Of a DNA stretch of 64,000 bases, positions 1-12,165 are shown in pieces. The stretch's first letter is position 1; every line of letters begins with the position of its first letter. This DNA is from the human T2T-CHM13v2.0 reference genome, Homo sapiens, in assembly GCF_009914755.1 (NCBI RefSeq), contig NC_060931.1. One strand, given 5' to 3'. Both the position numbers and the translations under genes were made by a program. Under the pieces are notes generated by a model. That model was not told the DNA's origin and searched no databases. It was given only the letters and a program-made list of their open reading frames with translations.

Positions 1-140
1 AATATAATATCTTGTAGCTTTTTATTGAGCTAATGTGGAAACATTCTGCTATCACAGCAATTGATTTGGGGTAGTGTAAAGGGAAGCGGGCAGATCAATT
101 ACTGAGAATGGTGAAAGGATCTGATAAGAAAAACAGTGCC

Positions 141-422
141 TCAGAAACAGAAAATCAAATACCACATGTACTCACCTATAAGTACGAGCTAAAAAAAAAA
201 GGGTACTTACGGACATAAAGATGAAAATAATAGATACTAAGAACTCCAAAAATGGGGTGGTTGGGAGGCTAAAGTTTGAAAAATTACCTGTTGAGTACAA
301 TGTTCACTATCTGGGTGATGGGTATACTAGAAGCCCAAACTTCACCATTCCACAGTACAACCATGTAACAAATCTTCACATGTACCCCTGAATCTATAAT
401 AACAGTAAGTAAAAATAATAAA
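141..422 (+). mobile_element. L1 3'UTR fragment (L1PB/L1MA-like)
   Basis: Typical L1 3' end: 'aaataccacatgtactcacctataag...catgtaacaaatcttcacatgtacccctgaatcta' followed by an A-rich tail. Confidence 0.8.
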
Positions 423-922
423 AACTACGCTAAGAAAATGAAGAATCTCCAGGAGATTCCTGCTTCACTTAAGGCATTTTCAAATGCAAACAAGAAGAAA
501 AAAACAAACTAGTACTTGCTTTCACAATAAAGACAGCTCACATAAGGAAGAAACTGGAGGCAGGGTGCTTAGCAGTTCAACAATACCGTGTGCTTTGTTC
601 GTGTCACTGGTGTTCTTTTGGCTCTTCTCCCATAGTCACAAGGTGTGTTTTCAAAGCAACAAGCATCCTATTGATGCATGACCATATTCTCACATGATCA
701 TGCCCGAAGACAGCAAGCAAGTTTTATTTTTTGCATGTTTCTTTTTCTGCATGTTTATCAAGGAGAAGAAAAATCCTTAATAAAATCCTCCAGCAGAGTT
801 CTTTTTATATCTCGTTGGGCTTCATCATGGATACCCTAGCTACAAAATATACTGGAAAAGACAGTATATTGAATTTTTAGCTGATGTAGTAAATGATGGG
901 CAGGAAAAGAGGGTTGAAGATA

Positions 923-1468
923 TGTGATGATTAATATTAGGTGTTAACTGGATTGGATGGAAGGATGCCTAGATAGCTGGTAAAGTATTGTTTCTGGGTG
1001 TGTCTGTGAGAGTGTTGCCAGAGGAGACTGATATTTGAGTAGGTGGACTGGGAGAGGAAGACCTACCCTCAATATGAGTGGGCACCATCCAGTCGGCTGC
1101 CAGCATGGCTAGAACAAAGCATGTGGAAGAAGAGGATAAGCTGGCTTGCTAAGTCTTCTGGCTTTCATCTTTCTCCCGTGCTTGATGCCTCCTGCCCTTG
1201 GACATCAGACTACAATTTCTTTGGCCTTTGCACTCTTGGACTTACACCAGTGGATTGCTGGGGGCTCTCACTGTTAGCTTTCCTTCTTTTGAGGCTTTTG
1301 GAGTTGGACTGAGCCAATGGCTTCTTTCTTCCCCTGCTTGCAGACAGCCTGTCCCTATCATGGGACTTCACTTTGTGATCATGTGAGCCAATTCTCCCTG
1401 ATAAACTCCCTTTCATATATACATATATCCTATGAGTTCTGTTCCTCTGGAGAATCCTGACTAATACA
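923..1468 (+). mobile_element. MLT2-family (ERVL) solo LTR, probably MLT2B
   Basis: Starts TGTGATGATTAATATTAGGTG and ends CTCTGGAGAATCCTGACTAATACA. Flanks agata/ggatg look like a degenerate 5-bp TSD. Confidence 0.85.
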
Positions 1469-2079
1469 GGATGGCTGCTGAGTTTGTTGTAGTCTCCGCT
1501 TACCACAACTGATGGAGGGGATTGACCATTTCTTCCAAAGAACTTCAGTTCTCTCCCATTCAGAAACACTAACCTCCCACATTCAGTCAAATCCTTGTTT
1601 TACTCCCTAACCTGTTGGCCTCTAGGCTAGGAAATAAGCATTTTCACTGGGTAAAAGCTGAGAATATTGTAGGAAAGCGAATCAACAGCATAAATGATGA
1701 GTTGGATTCACCTCCCTTGTCTCTGCAACAAAAGATAATACCTTCTTTCCATCCTCAATATGGATATTAGACACACTTCTTATTGAAACAGTGCAGTGTT
1801 TTATAGGATTCTGAGGTAACCTAATACTTAAATTATGGGTGTCTCATAGGTGCCGGAAGTAGCCTATTATTTAAATTATAACATTTCTAAAGTACTATAT
1901 TTCTGCCATAGAATCTAACTTCATACATGGGAAGATATTATGAATTGCTCTTGATTTACCTAGAATCCTTTCAAATAAAAATTATTGACATTATGTAAAT
2001 TGTGTCTTCAATAAAAACTATTCAAAAGCTATAGCTAGTTAGTAAAAGAGATTTGATAAAATTGGATTTAAATTTCCAT

Positions 2080-2195
2080 TTAGCTATTTCTCAGCTGAAT
2101 AAACTTTAGCAAACTAAATTCTATGAACATCAATTTACTCATCTGTTAAATGGGGGAAATTGTTACCTATTTAGTAGGATTTTTATAGAAATTAG
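2080..2195 (+). mobile_element. MIR fragment
   Basis: Degenerate MIR core 'tttactcatctgttaaatggggg...acctatttagtaggatttt'. Confidence 0.5.
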
Positions 2196-2429
2196 TTATT
2201 TTTCCTCAATATAACAGGTTGTTGTTTTAGAGATATATTTAGAGGCTTAAATTGCTAGACCTTTGATTTCCAATATTTTTCATTGTTATGTCAAGGTTTA
2301 ACTTAGCATACAAACTCCCACTTCCCAACTGCCCATTTCAACAAAGTTGAAAATTGTTATATTGTATTATGCATGTTATATGTATGTTAATAGATAAAAT
2401 AATAATACCCAAGACTGGAGGATGTTTAT

Positions 2430-2600
2430 AACACACCAGTTACCTTGCTAAGAACTTAAAGAATCATCTCCCTTTAGTCCTCAGAGTAAACTGTAAAGAA
2501 GTTATTACTCAAATCTGGAAAAGTTAAGTCTGTTAGCCCAGAGTCACAGAACTGGGAAGTGAGAGAGTTAAGATTCAAACTTAGATCTTTTTCATTCGAG
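2430..2600 (-). mobile_element. MIR fragment
   Basis: 'gttaagt...gcccagagtcacagaactgggaagtgagagagttaagattcaaacttagatct' resembles antisense MIR. Confidence 0.55.
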
Positions 2601-3785
2601 AAATCAAGATTTTATTCATTTTCCTTTACTATATCTGTGATTAGTTATTTAAATATACAAGTTGAAAAGACTTTGTTTTGAGAGTAAGTTGAAAATTTTA
2701 GGTCTAATTTGGGGTCTTTTAAGAATATTATATTGGGTATTTGGGCAAAATGAGAGCTGAAATTCAGTTAAAAATAACTTGATTGATACAGTTAAGATAT
2801 ATCTTTTATTTCTCACTATTAAGTAGAGTTCCTGATTTTCACAGGCTCAGGAGCCTCGTTAGACAGAATCTGAGTTCAGCCTCATGTGTTGAAACAGGTT
2901 CACAAGTATACACACAGGTTTAATAGCCAATAAAAAACTGATGGGGAAAGGATAAACATCATGACAGAAATCACTATTTGGGAAAATTAAGAGACTAAGA
3001 AACAAGACCTGAGTGTAAAACAAAAAACAAACATAATAATCACCACCGAAATCACAGTCATTGCATGATCCAGCTCTCCAGAACATACTCATATTTCCCA
3101 TGAAAGAAAACTTGTTTGATAGAACTGAAAGTATTTTGTCAGAGACTTCATCAGTTTCTTTCAGGGGTCTTGCCCTTTAAGACTAGTTGGCAGGGTTGAA
3201 AGAATGGTATCATGTGGACTGACCTAAGAACACCGTGAGACTCACACCTTCAATGAACGGAGAGATGGTTTCCTGTTATCCAGGAAGAAAGAGATGAGGG
3301 CAAAGGATGTCAACACAACTGTTATAAATAAATATTCAGTGTCTTAGAAAAATAAACCAGAACAGAATCTCATTAAAATTGCAAAGTAAATTTGAGGGTA
3401 ATTAAAGAATTAAATGCAAAATAACAATCCATAGACAGCCTAGAAAAAATGGTATGGAACAGTTGGGAGGAACAATTTAAGCACAAAATAACAGAATAAA
3501 TAGAAAATATAGAAATACATGGATATTTGAACTTCTATGCATGAAAAGAAAATGAAGCAACTCAAGATTTAAAAGATTTGGAGCAAAAATTAAAGTTAAT
3601 ATTACTTTCAAAAACATTATCAAGATGAAAAGATAAAATATCAATAAACTGACAAATAGCATGAATAGGTAATTCATAGAAGAAAGACAATAGTAAACAA
3701 ACATGGAGAGTTAAAAACTTAATATCAACTGTAATCAGAGAACTGCAAAGAAAAAAATAAATGACTTTTTTTGCTTATCAAACTA

Positions 3786-3862
3786 TTAGGTTGGTGCAAA
3801 AGTATTTGTGGTTTTTGCCATTACTCGCAGAAAAAACTGCAATTACTTTTGCACCAACCTAA
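3786..3862. mobile_element. MADE1 MITE (Hsmar1 derivative)
   Basis: Inverted termini TTAGGTTGGTGCAAAAGTA...TACTTTTGCACCAACCTAA, flanked by TA on both sides (3784-85, 3863-64). Confidence 0.92.
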
Positions 3863-5299
3863 TAAAAGACGATGAAAAATGATGTTAAAAAGTACAAAGT
3901 GAAGTGGGCATAAATTTCTCACAGCAATGTGAATTTCTGTAACCTGTTTTTGGAACATAGAAATATCTACTTGGTTTCAAGATTCATGGTGTTTAGCCCA
4001 TTCTTTTCAATTTTCTAACTTACATAAGTAAACTTAGTACAAAATTATACATATAAAGATGTATACAAATATTACATCAAGATTAAATATAGCACCTTTA
4101 GGGAAATTGTTAACGAAACCTGAAAATGATAGTTACAAATACCATGTAATCACATATAATATTAAAAAGTAGTATATGAAATTGCATATGTGCTAATTGC
4201 ATTAAAATGCTTACTTTAAAAAAAGAAAGGAAACATTTAGCCCAAAATTTGTATTAATTTTACTCTAAATACTAATTATGTTATAATGGTGAGAATATAG
4301 ATTGTTCCTAAGTTTATCTCTAAGACTTTAAAAACCTTAAGATATTATACTTACACAATAGAGCACAAGAAGAAACACTGAAAAATCATAATAGTAGTAT
4401 TAGAGTAGTGTAATAATCCATTTTATTCTATTTTCTACAGTTTCTGTAATATATATATCTAAGGAATTAAATACTAATAAACGCATTATAGAATATGAGT
4501 TTATTAGTATCTAAATGGAAGATGCCACGGTGAGTTCATGAAGAAAATAAAGCCGGATTGTAATTATTTCTTTTTAGTAGTTTCTAGAATGATCAATCCG
4601 AAGCTGGTCAGTTGTTCTGGAGTACTGAGTTTCTGCTTTAGGAATAATATTCCCAGGATGAAAACGTCCATAAATAAGCTATTAACTGAGTGGTTTGATT
4701 AAAAGTTTATGTGGGAAAAAAAAATGGAAGAGACTAAGAACACTTAGTTCAGACAACCCAGAGAACAACCATTTACAAATATCCATTTCTGTTATGTGGT
4801 AGAAGTTCAGGTTTATTTTGTGATTACCTCATAAATAAACTAGTACCAAAGTAGTGGGGGAAAGTGTCAACTTCATACAAAGTAGATCATTACAGCAATC
4901 AAAGATTCTAAAATATGGAATGGAATAATGTTGATAATAATATAAACTCCAAGCCCTGAGATGTTTAAATGGAAGATTGGTGGGTTCTTGTAGAGGTGAC
5001 ATAAACAAGAAATGAGGTGGAACCATCAGATTAAAGATTTTTCTTCATTCCCAGAATATTTAAGGTTTCTTTGGAGCATGTGTTACAGAAGCAGAGTTTA
5101 ATATTTGACTATATTAAAAGGGAAAAAAAGAGGTGAAATAATACTTATGGCAAAAAATAAAAAGCCACCCAAGGATTAACTATTTTCATAAAACATCTAA
5201 CCTAAATTAAAGGAATTTATGTACAAGCAGGTATGTGGATTTTTATTGTTATCAGAAAGATAGTATATCATCAAATTTGTTAGGATTTCTAGTAGTGAT

Positions 5300-6499
5300 G
5301 ACACAAAAGATATCAGAGTAGGCAGCTCAGGAATCACTTCCGCCACCAGAACAACTATTAAGCTCTCAAGACTGTGAGAATCAACTATTTTAGACCTCAA
5401 GTTTAGTTGTAAACTTGACTCATCAACAAGAGTGTTTGATGAAAGAAAGGGGCTGGTGAATATGGGTGAATTTCAGCATTTTGTGTTGCAACAGCCATCT
5501 CCAGCCCCAGGGCAAATGGCCATGGAAACCGTGGCCAAAACTCATGGTGTAGTCTGCCTCTGTCAGGGTGAACAGTGAAAACCTTGTCCTCCAATAATTG
5601 GAGTTTTAGGTTTGAATCTGCCTGGTGCTTCACTGAGGAACCTGCTCAGAAGCTGGCCTTTGTTTCAACACCCTCAGTCTAAAGCTACTTCCCTAGAAGC
5701 ATCTGTTGAAAGAATTTAGAGTCAGACACCTTTTTTTTTTTTTTACCCCTTGAGTCAAAGCATTCAAGGAAATATCTTAGGTGATAGGTTGACTGCACAG
5801 ATAACAGAAGAGTGACTTCAGTGACCACAGAGAAAAAAAGGAATAGTCTTTGCAAAAATAGTTTGGAAAAGTAATAAACAAATGAATGACTGCAACCTTC
5901 AATTAGAAAAGAACAATCCTGGAGAGGGAGAAAAATCTGATTTCTAGAGTTACTGTCAATACATTAAAATAGTCAAAGGGTCCATTTCTAAACAACAACA
6001 ACAAAATCAACAAAAATAAAAGGAGAAAGTTCTAGCCTACTTACTTAGAAAAATAAAATGAGAAAAGTTATTTTCAAGGATGTTCTTACATTGGACTTAC
6101 GAGACAAATACTTTAGTATCTTAAATATGCTCAAAGAACTGAAGGGAACCATGGACAAAAAAAAAAGGAAATCAGAAGAATAATGTATGAACAAGTAGGA
6201 AATACCAAATGAAGAGATAGAAATTATAAAAAGAAACCAACTATAAATTTTGGAGCTAAAAAGTACAACAAACAAAATGAAAAAATCACTAGAATGGTTA
6301 AACCGAGATGTAACTTCTGAAGAATTGGGGCACTTAAAGATAGCTAAAATAAAATTATCCAGCCTGAGGAGAAGAAAGAAAAAAGAAAGAAAAATGAAGA
6401 CACAAAGGGACTTTTGGGACACTATCAAGCATACCAATATGCACGTTATAGAATTCACAGAAGACAAGACAGAGAAAGGAAAAGATAAAAAGCATTTGA
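5300..6499 (+). mobile_element. Old L1M 5'UTR/ORF1 fragment (outer element of the nest)
   Basis: Degenerate ORF1-like translation in ORF 6250-6522 (ELKSTTNKMKKSLE...RDFWDTIKHTNMHVIE). It stops abruptly where a new L1 5' end begins. Confidence 0.7.
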
Positions 6500-9400
6500 G
6501 AAGAGTAAAGATGGCTGACTAGAAGCAGCTAGTGTGCACTGTTCTCACTGAGAGAGAAACAATTGTGAGTAAATACAACCTCTTCTGCTGGAATGTCCAA
6601 GTGGACTCAATGGGATTAATCAAGGAAACAATTCGACCCATGGAGAACAGAGAGGAGCGAGACAGGACAACTGCCCACCCAGGAGTGGCACAAAGCCAGG
6701 GTAGGTCCCTCTATAGTAGGGAAATTGTAAGTGAGTGAGAGTCCCCAGGGACCCACACTTCTGCCACGGAGCTTTGCAACCCTGGGCTCAGGAGATTCCC
6801 GCATGAGTCCCCACTCCAAGTCCTCCAGACTGACATGGAGAGCTACATGGAGTCTGGGCAAGGCCACCACTCAGGCACACATGGAGTCCCAGGTGCCTTG
6901 GATCCCCAGGCATCCCAGCATTAGTGGCTCCAGCTCCAGCTATGGGGGAGGTCAGGCTCCCTTGCATACCCTGAAAAAAGGAGCCAAATCCTGGGGGCTG
7001 AGCCATGACAGACTGCAGAGTTTGCCTCTACTGGCCCTCTTGGGATAAAGCCCTCTGGACTGGGACCATAGTGTGCCCTCCTCTGCCCCACCTGGGCTCT
7101 CAAGCTGGTAGCAGCTCTGAACTTCCTTGAGACAGAGCTCCCAGAGGGAAAGGCAGGCTGCTATTTTTGCTCTCTCACACCCCTCACCACTGTTGCCCTG
7201 AGGCTCTGGAGTGAGCATGGTAATTAGGGATTGGAGTGGATCCCTAGCACAGTGAAGCCACCCCAAAGAAAAGTGACCAGACTGTTTTCAATGCAGGTCC
7301 TCATTTCTGCTTTTCCTCACTGGACAGAGCCTCCCAACCTAGGACTCCAGCCAACCCTCGGCTGGGCTCTCAGGCCAGTAGCAGCTCTGTACTTCCCTGG
7401 GACAGAGTTCCCAGAGATGCAGGTGGCCATTCTTGCTGTCCTACAACCCTCACCATTGTTGCCCTCAGGCCCTGGGTGGAGCACGGTGATTAGGAATTGG
7501 CACAGATCCCTCAGCACAGCAAAGCTGCCCCACAGAAAACTGGCCAGACTGTTTTCCACATGGGTCCCCGTTCCCACTTCTCTTCACTGGTCAAAGCTTC
7601 CTGACCTAGGACTCTAGCACAACTACCCTGCCCTTACCCAAACACTTTAGTCAGAGATGGCTCTGCATTTCTCTGAGGAGGTAATCACACAGACAACCCA
7701 TAGCCCCTCTGCCATTGCAGCGGCCGTAGTACTGCCCTAACCACCATTGGGCTGGAGAAGGAACAAAAGGCCTGGTTGCTATGCTGGAACCTCCACCACT
7801 CGGCAGCTGCCATACAGAGAGGAGTCCAGCCTCTCTTCCTTGTAAGCTTCCATACTCCACTCTTCAGAATGCAGAGGCCCCAACTTGGGACCACAAAACA
7901 GTTGTCCCATCCCTGGCTGAGCTTACCCACTGGTATTGGCTGTGTGATTCCCTGGGAAGGGGCCCCCAGAGGCAACCAACAGCCTCTCTGCCACTAACAC
8001 AGCAATGGTTCTGTTCCTGCTGAACCACTTGCAAGTGCAAGGGTTTCACTTGTACTTCCAGCATGCCACAGTCACTATATGGAGAGGAGCTCTGTCTCTT
8101 CTCTCTGAGAGCTGTCAACCCTGGCTCTTCACCAAGAAGAGCCCCTGACTCAGGCAGCAGTGCAGCCTCTCTACCCTCTCACTGAACATTTCTGGTAGCA
8201 GTTGCTCTACATTTCTCTGAGCTAGACCCAGGGACAACTGAAAGCCCCTCTGCCAGTACCACTGCAGTGGCACTGCTATTTTTACCCTTGGACTGGGGAA
8301 AGGGCAAAGATCCTTAGTGCTTTAAGCACACCTCCAGCAAGCTGCAGTGACCGTAAGGAGATGAGGCCAGTCTGTCTTCATGACCCCTCTGTACCCCATG
8401 TTCATCACCAGGCAGAGTCCCCTCAGATTGGGCCCACAGAGAAGGCGCCCCCACCTTGGGCCAGTCAGAGTTATTTATAGTGGCTCTGCATTTCTCTGGG
8501 GTGGAACCCCAAGAGACAAGTAAAAGACCCTCTGCCACATCCACTACCAACATCCCTTCCCCTCCTGCCTCCAAGCTGCAGAGGGAACATAAAGTATAAG
8601 CTCACCCCAGAGCTGCAGTGTGCAGCTCAAGAGTGCTAAGCCAAGATATGCAGACAGCACTCAAATGAGAGAGGAGCCCACAGTTTGAGAGCGTTGAGAG
8701 GGAGCATGGCTGCAATCATGAGGTAATACAGAGAACCCAGGTGGCTGAGCAAGAACCTACCTACTAACCATTATGCCCAAACACTGTCTACTGGATTGCA
8801 GCCCAAACTTTGACACCAAAAATGCTTTGCTAATGTACACCCCTGTGAAAACAAGGACAAAAGTTCAGCTACAGATAAGGACCCTGCACAAAGCCTTGAC
8901 TGTCTGAAAACATCCAGAAAAAAGATCTACTGACTGTACTCAAATTACCTGGAAATTAAAGGAAAATCAGCTTACAAAATTAGAAAGAACCAGTGCAAAA
9001 ACTCTGGTAATGCAAAAAGCCAGAGTGTCTTCTTTCCTTCAAATGACCATACTAGTTTTCTAGCAAGTGTTGTTAACCAGGCTGAAATGGTTGAAATGAC
9101 AGAAACAGAATTCAGAATACAGATAGGCATGAAGATTACTGAGATTCAGGAGGAAGTTAAAACCCAATTCAAGGAATCTGAGAATTACAATAAATTAATG
9201 TGGGAGTTGATAGACAAAATGACCATTATAGGAAACAATCAAACTGATCTAATAGAGCTGAAAAAAAACGCTAGAATAATTTCATAATGCAACTGCAGTA
9301 TTATCAGGAGAATAGACCAAGCTGAGCAAAGAATCTCAGAGATCAGGTCAGGTTCTTCAAACTAACTAACTCAGACAAAACTAAAGAAAAAGAACAAATG

Positions 9401-10325
9401 AACAAACAATACCTCCAAGAAATATGAGATTACATAAGGAGACAAAATTTAGGACTCACTGGCATCCCTGAAGGAGATGGGGAGAAAGCAAGCAAATTGG
9501 AAAACATATTTCAGTATATTTTCCATGAAAATTTCCACACCTCGCTACAGAGGCCAACATTTCAAATTCAAGAAATGCAGAGGATACCTCCAAAATAATA
9601 CAAATGAAGACTATCCCTAAGACACACAGTCATGATATTCTCCAATCTAAATAAAAGGAAAAAAATGCTAAAGGCAGCTATAGAGAAGGGGCAGGTCACC
9701 TGCAAAGGGAACCCAATCAGGCTAACAGTAGATCTTTTAGCAGAAAGTCTAAAAACTAGAAGCAAATGGAGGCCTATACTCAGCATTATTAAAGAAAAGG
9801 AATTTCCAACCAAGAATTTCAAATCCAGCAAAACTAAGCTTCCTAAGCAAAGACGAAATAAAATCCTTTTCAAATTTGCAAATGCTAAGGGGTTTCGTTA
9901 CCACCAGACAAGACTGGCCTTACAAGAGGTCCTGAAAATAGTGGTAAACATGGAAAGGAAGGACCATTACCAGCCACTACAAAAACACACTTAAGTACAT
10001 AGGCCAGTGACACTATAAAGAAACTATACGACCAAGTCTGCATAATAACCAGCTAACAACATGATGACAGGAAGAAATCTGTACATGTGAATACTAACTT
10101 TAAATGTAAATAGGTTAAGTGCCTCAATTAAAAGACACAGAGTGGTGAATTGGATAAAGAAGCAAGACACAAAAAATGGTATACTGTCTTGAAGACACCC
10201 ATCTCACATGCAATGACATCATAGGCTCAAAGTAAAGAGATGGAGAAAAATCTATCAAGCAAGTGGAAAACATAAATTATCAAGTGTTGCTATTTTAATT
10301 TCAGACAAAATAAACTTTAAAGTAA
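6500..10325 (+). mobile_element. L1PA13-16-type 5'UTR, ORF1 and start of ORF2 (3' part missing)
   Basis: 5' end 'aagatggctgactagaagcagctagtgtgc'. ORF1 remnants at 9087-9994 (KKMLKAAIEKGQVTCKGNPIRLTVDL...HYQPLQKHT). ORF2 start 'atgatgacagg' at ~10061, running to 'tcagacaaaataaactttaaa'. Confidence 0.8.
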
Positions 10326-10833
10326 TGTGTCTGGAGTTGGTTCCTTCTGGTGGGTTCTTTGTCTTGCTGACTTCATGAATGAAGCTGCGGACCTCTGTGG
10401 CGAGTGTTACAGCTCTTAAAGGTGGTACAAACCCAAAGAGTGAGCAGCAGCAAGATTTATTGTGAAGAGCAAAAAAAACAAAGCTCCACAGCATGGAAGG
10501 GGATCTGAGCGGGTTGCCACTGCTGGCTGGGGTGGCCAGCTTTTATTCCCTTATTTGTCACCACCCATGTCCTGCTGATTGGTCCATTTTACAGAGTGCT
10601 GATTGGTCCATTTTACAAACCTCTAGCTAGCCATAGAGCGCTGATTGGTGCGTTTTTACAGAGCACTGATTGGCACATTTTACAAACCTCTAGCTAGCCA
10701 CAGAGCGCTGATTGGTGTGTTTTACAATCCTAGCTACAGAGTGCTGATTGGTGCATTTTACAACCCTCTTGTAAGACAGAAAAGTTCTCCGAGTCCCCAC
10801 CTGACCCAGAAGTCTAGCTGGCTTCACCTCTCA
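10326..10833 (-). mobile_element. HERV9 3' LTR (LTR12, 508 bp, complete)
   Basis: Minus strand reads TGAGAGGTGAAGCCAGC...CCAACTCCAGACACA. Six CCAAT boxes (ctgattgg). Purine tract AGAGGAGAGAT immediately upstream (10834-10844). Confidence 0.92.
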
Positions 10834-10869
10834 ATCTCTCCTCTAAACTGGACACCCCAACAGCTTTTG

Positions 10870-11365
10870 AGAATTGGGCGATGACCACTCTAGCTATTTC
10901 CTGCTGGATAGGGGTGAAGAAGGGGCCCTGCAGTGGTAGTGTCCTCCAGAGGAGAACTCTGTAGGCCAGCCAAAGGGTCAGTGGGTCAGTCCAGGGGTCC
11001 TCGGTAGAAGTTGTTAGTTGAGCTCATTTGGGGTTCCATTTGTAAGACCATTTGTAACTTGATGGCATCAATCCTGGAGGAAACAAGTTTGACAAGGAGG
11101 TTAAAAATACAGGGCCCAAAGGCGAGTAATAGCAAGATGGCTGTCAGGGGACCTAGAAAGGGGAGAAGCCATGTCGCCCAACTACAGAGGTTGGTATAAG
11201 AGTTTGAAAGGCATTGTCTTATTTCAGAAGCCTTTTCCTGTAAACGCTGGGTGGCACCTCGTACTATCCTTGACTGGTTAGTGTAAAAACAACACTGTTC
11301 CCCTAAGAAGGCACAAAGTGCTCCTTTCTCAGTAGTGAGGAGGTCTAGGCCTTAGTGGTTTTGGT
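10870..11365 (-). pseudogene. HERV9 env transmembrane-subunit remnant
   Basis: Manual translation gives QNH*GLDLLTTEKGALCAFLGEQCC (immunosuppressive domain plus CX6CC) and WLLPFLGPLTAILLLLAFGPCIFNLLVKLVSSRI (membrane anchor). SU is absent. Confidence 0.85.
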
Positions 11366-11934
11366 AGCAAACTTACTTTTGTTGAAAACCTTTGAAGTTT
11401 GGGATTTCAATTATTCTTTGCTATTAATAAGACCTCGTTCAGTCCATATTAACTTAGAATTGGTATAGATGGCTCCTTCCTGATTCTGTACATACTTTCA
11501 GGTTTGGCTGAGTGCGAACAGCTCACACATTTGAGCAGACCAATTATTAGGCATTTTTCTTAACTGCTTCTACAAGAGTTTCCTTATCACTTACTGAATA
11601 TCCCCTGTGTCTTTTTCCCTTAATCGCCCGGGAGGAAACATCTATTGTCCTGTCCTGAAGAGAGTTCCTCCTAGGTCTAGTTGGACCTTTGTATGGTAAT
11701 TAATTAAGATTTAGATCCCCTGTTAGGAAACTTCCTCGGTTAAGGATTTTTAGTAGGAAGGCTATGGGTTGTGAGTGACCTCAGTGCTTTCGGGCTACGC
11801 ACCTGTTTACACTGACAAGGTGGTATTGGGGTGTTATAGGGTTATGGATAAGACCTTCAATTATCAATTATAGGTTTTAAATTTACCCTGTCTTTTAAAG
11901 GAATAGGGTACACAGTTTTTTCTTTATACTTTTA

Positions 11935-12165
11935 TCTCTCTCTCTCTCTCTTTCCTTCTCTCTTTGCCTTTCTGTCTGTCTCTCTTTCTGTCTCTCTGTC
12001 TCTTCCTCTCTCTCTGACTCCTTCTTTGTCTCTCTGTCTCTTCCTCTCTCTCTCTTTCCTGCTCTCTTTGACTGTCTTTCCCCTCCTCCCCACCACCTCT
12101 TTCTTTCTCTTTGACTTTCTGTCTGTCTCTTTCCTCTCTGCTGGTCTTTCCCTGCCTCTCCTTCC
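11935..12165. repeat. CT/GA-rich low-complexity tract inside HERV9
   Basis: (TC)n/TCTG-rich pyrimidine tract immediately after the RNase H motif CRSHQK. Confidence 0.9.

Noticed and set aside
6532-8574. Dense cluster of overlapping ORFs
   Set aside because: GC-rich repeated L1 5'UTR with few stop codons; no protein homology is recognisable.
10560-10770. Regularly spaced short repeats (CRISPR-like), also at 48340-48620
   Set aside because: These are the CCAAT-containing LTR12 enhancer repeats. The spacers are themselves repeated, there are no cas genes and the context is eukaryotic.
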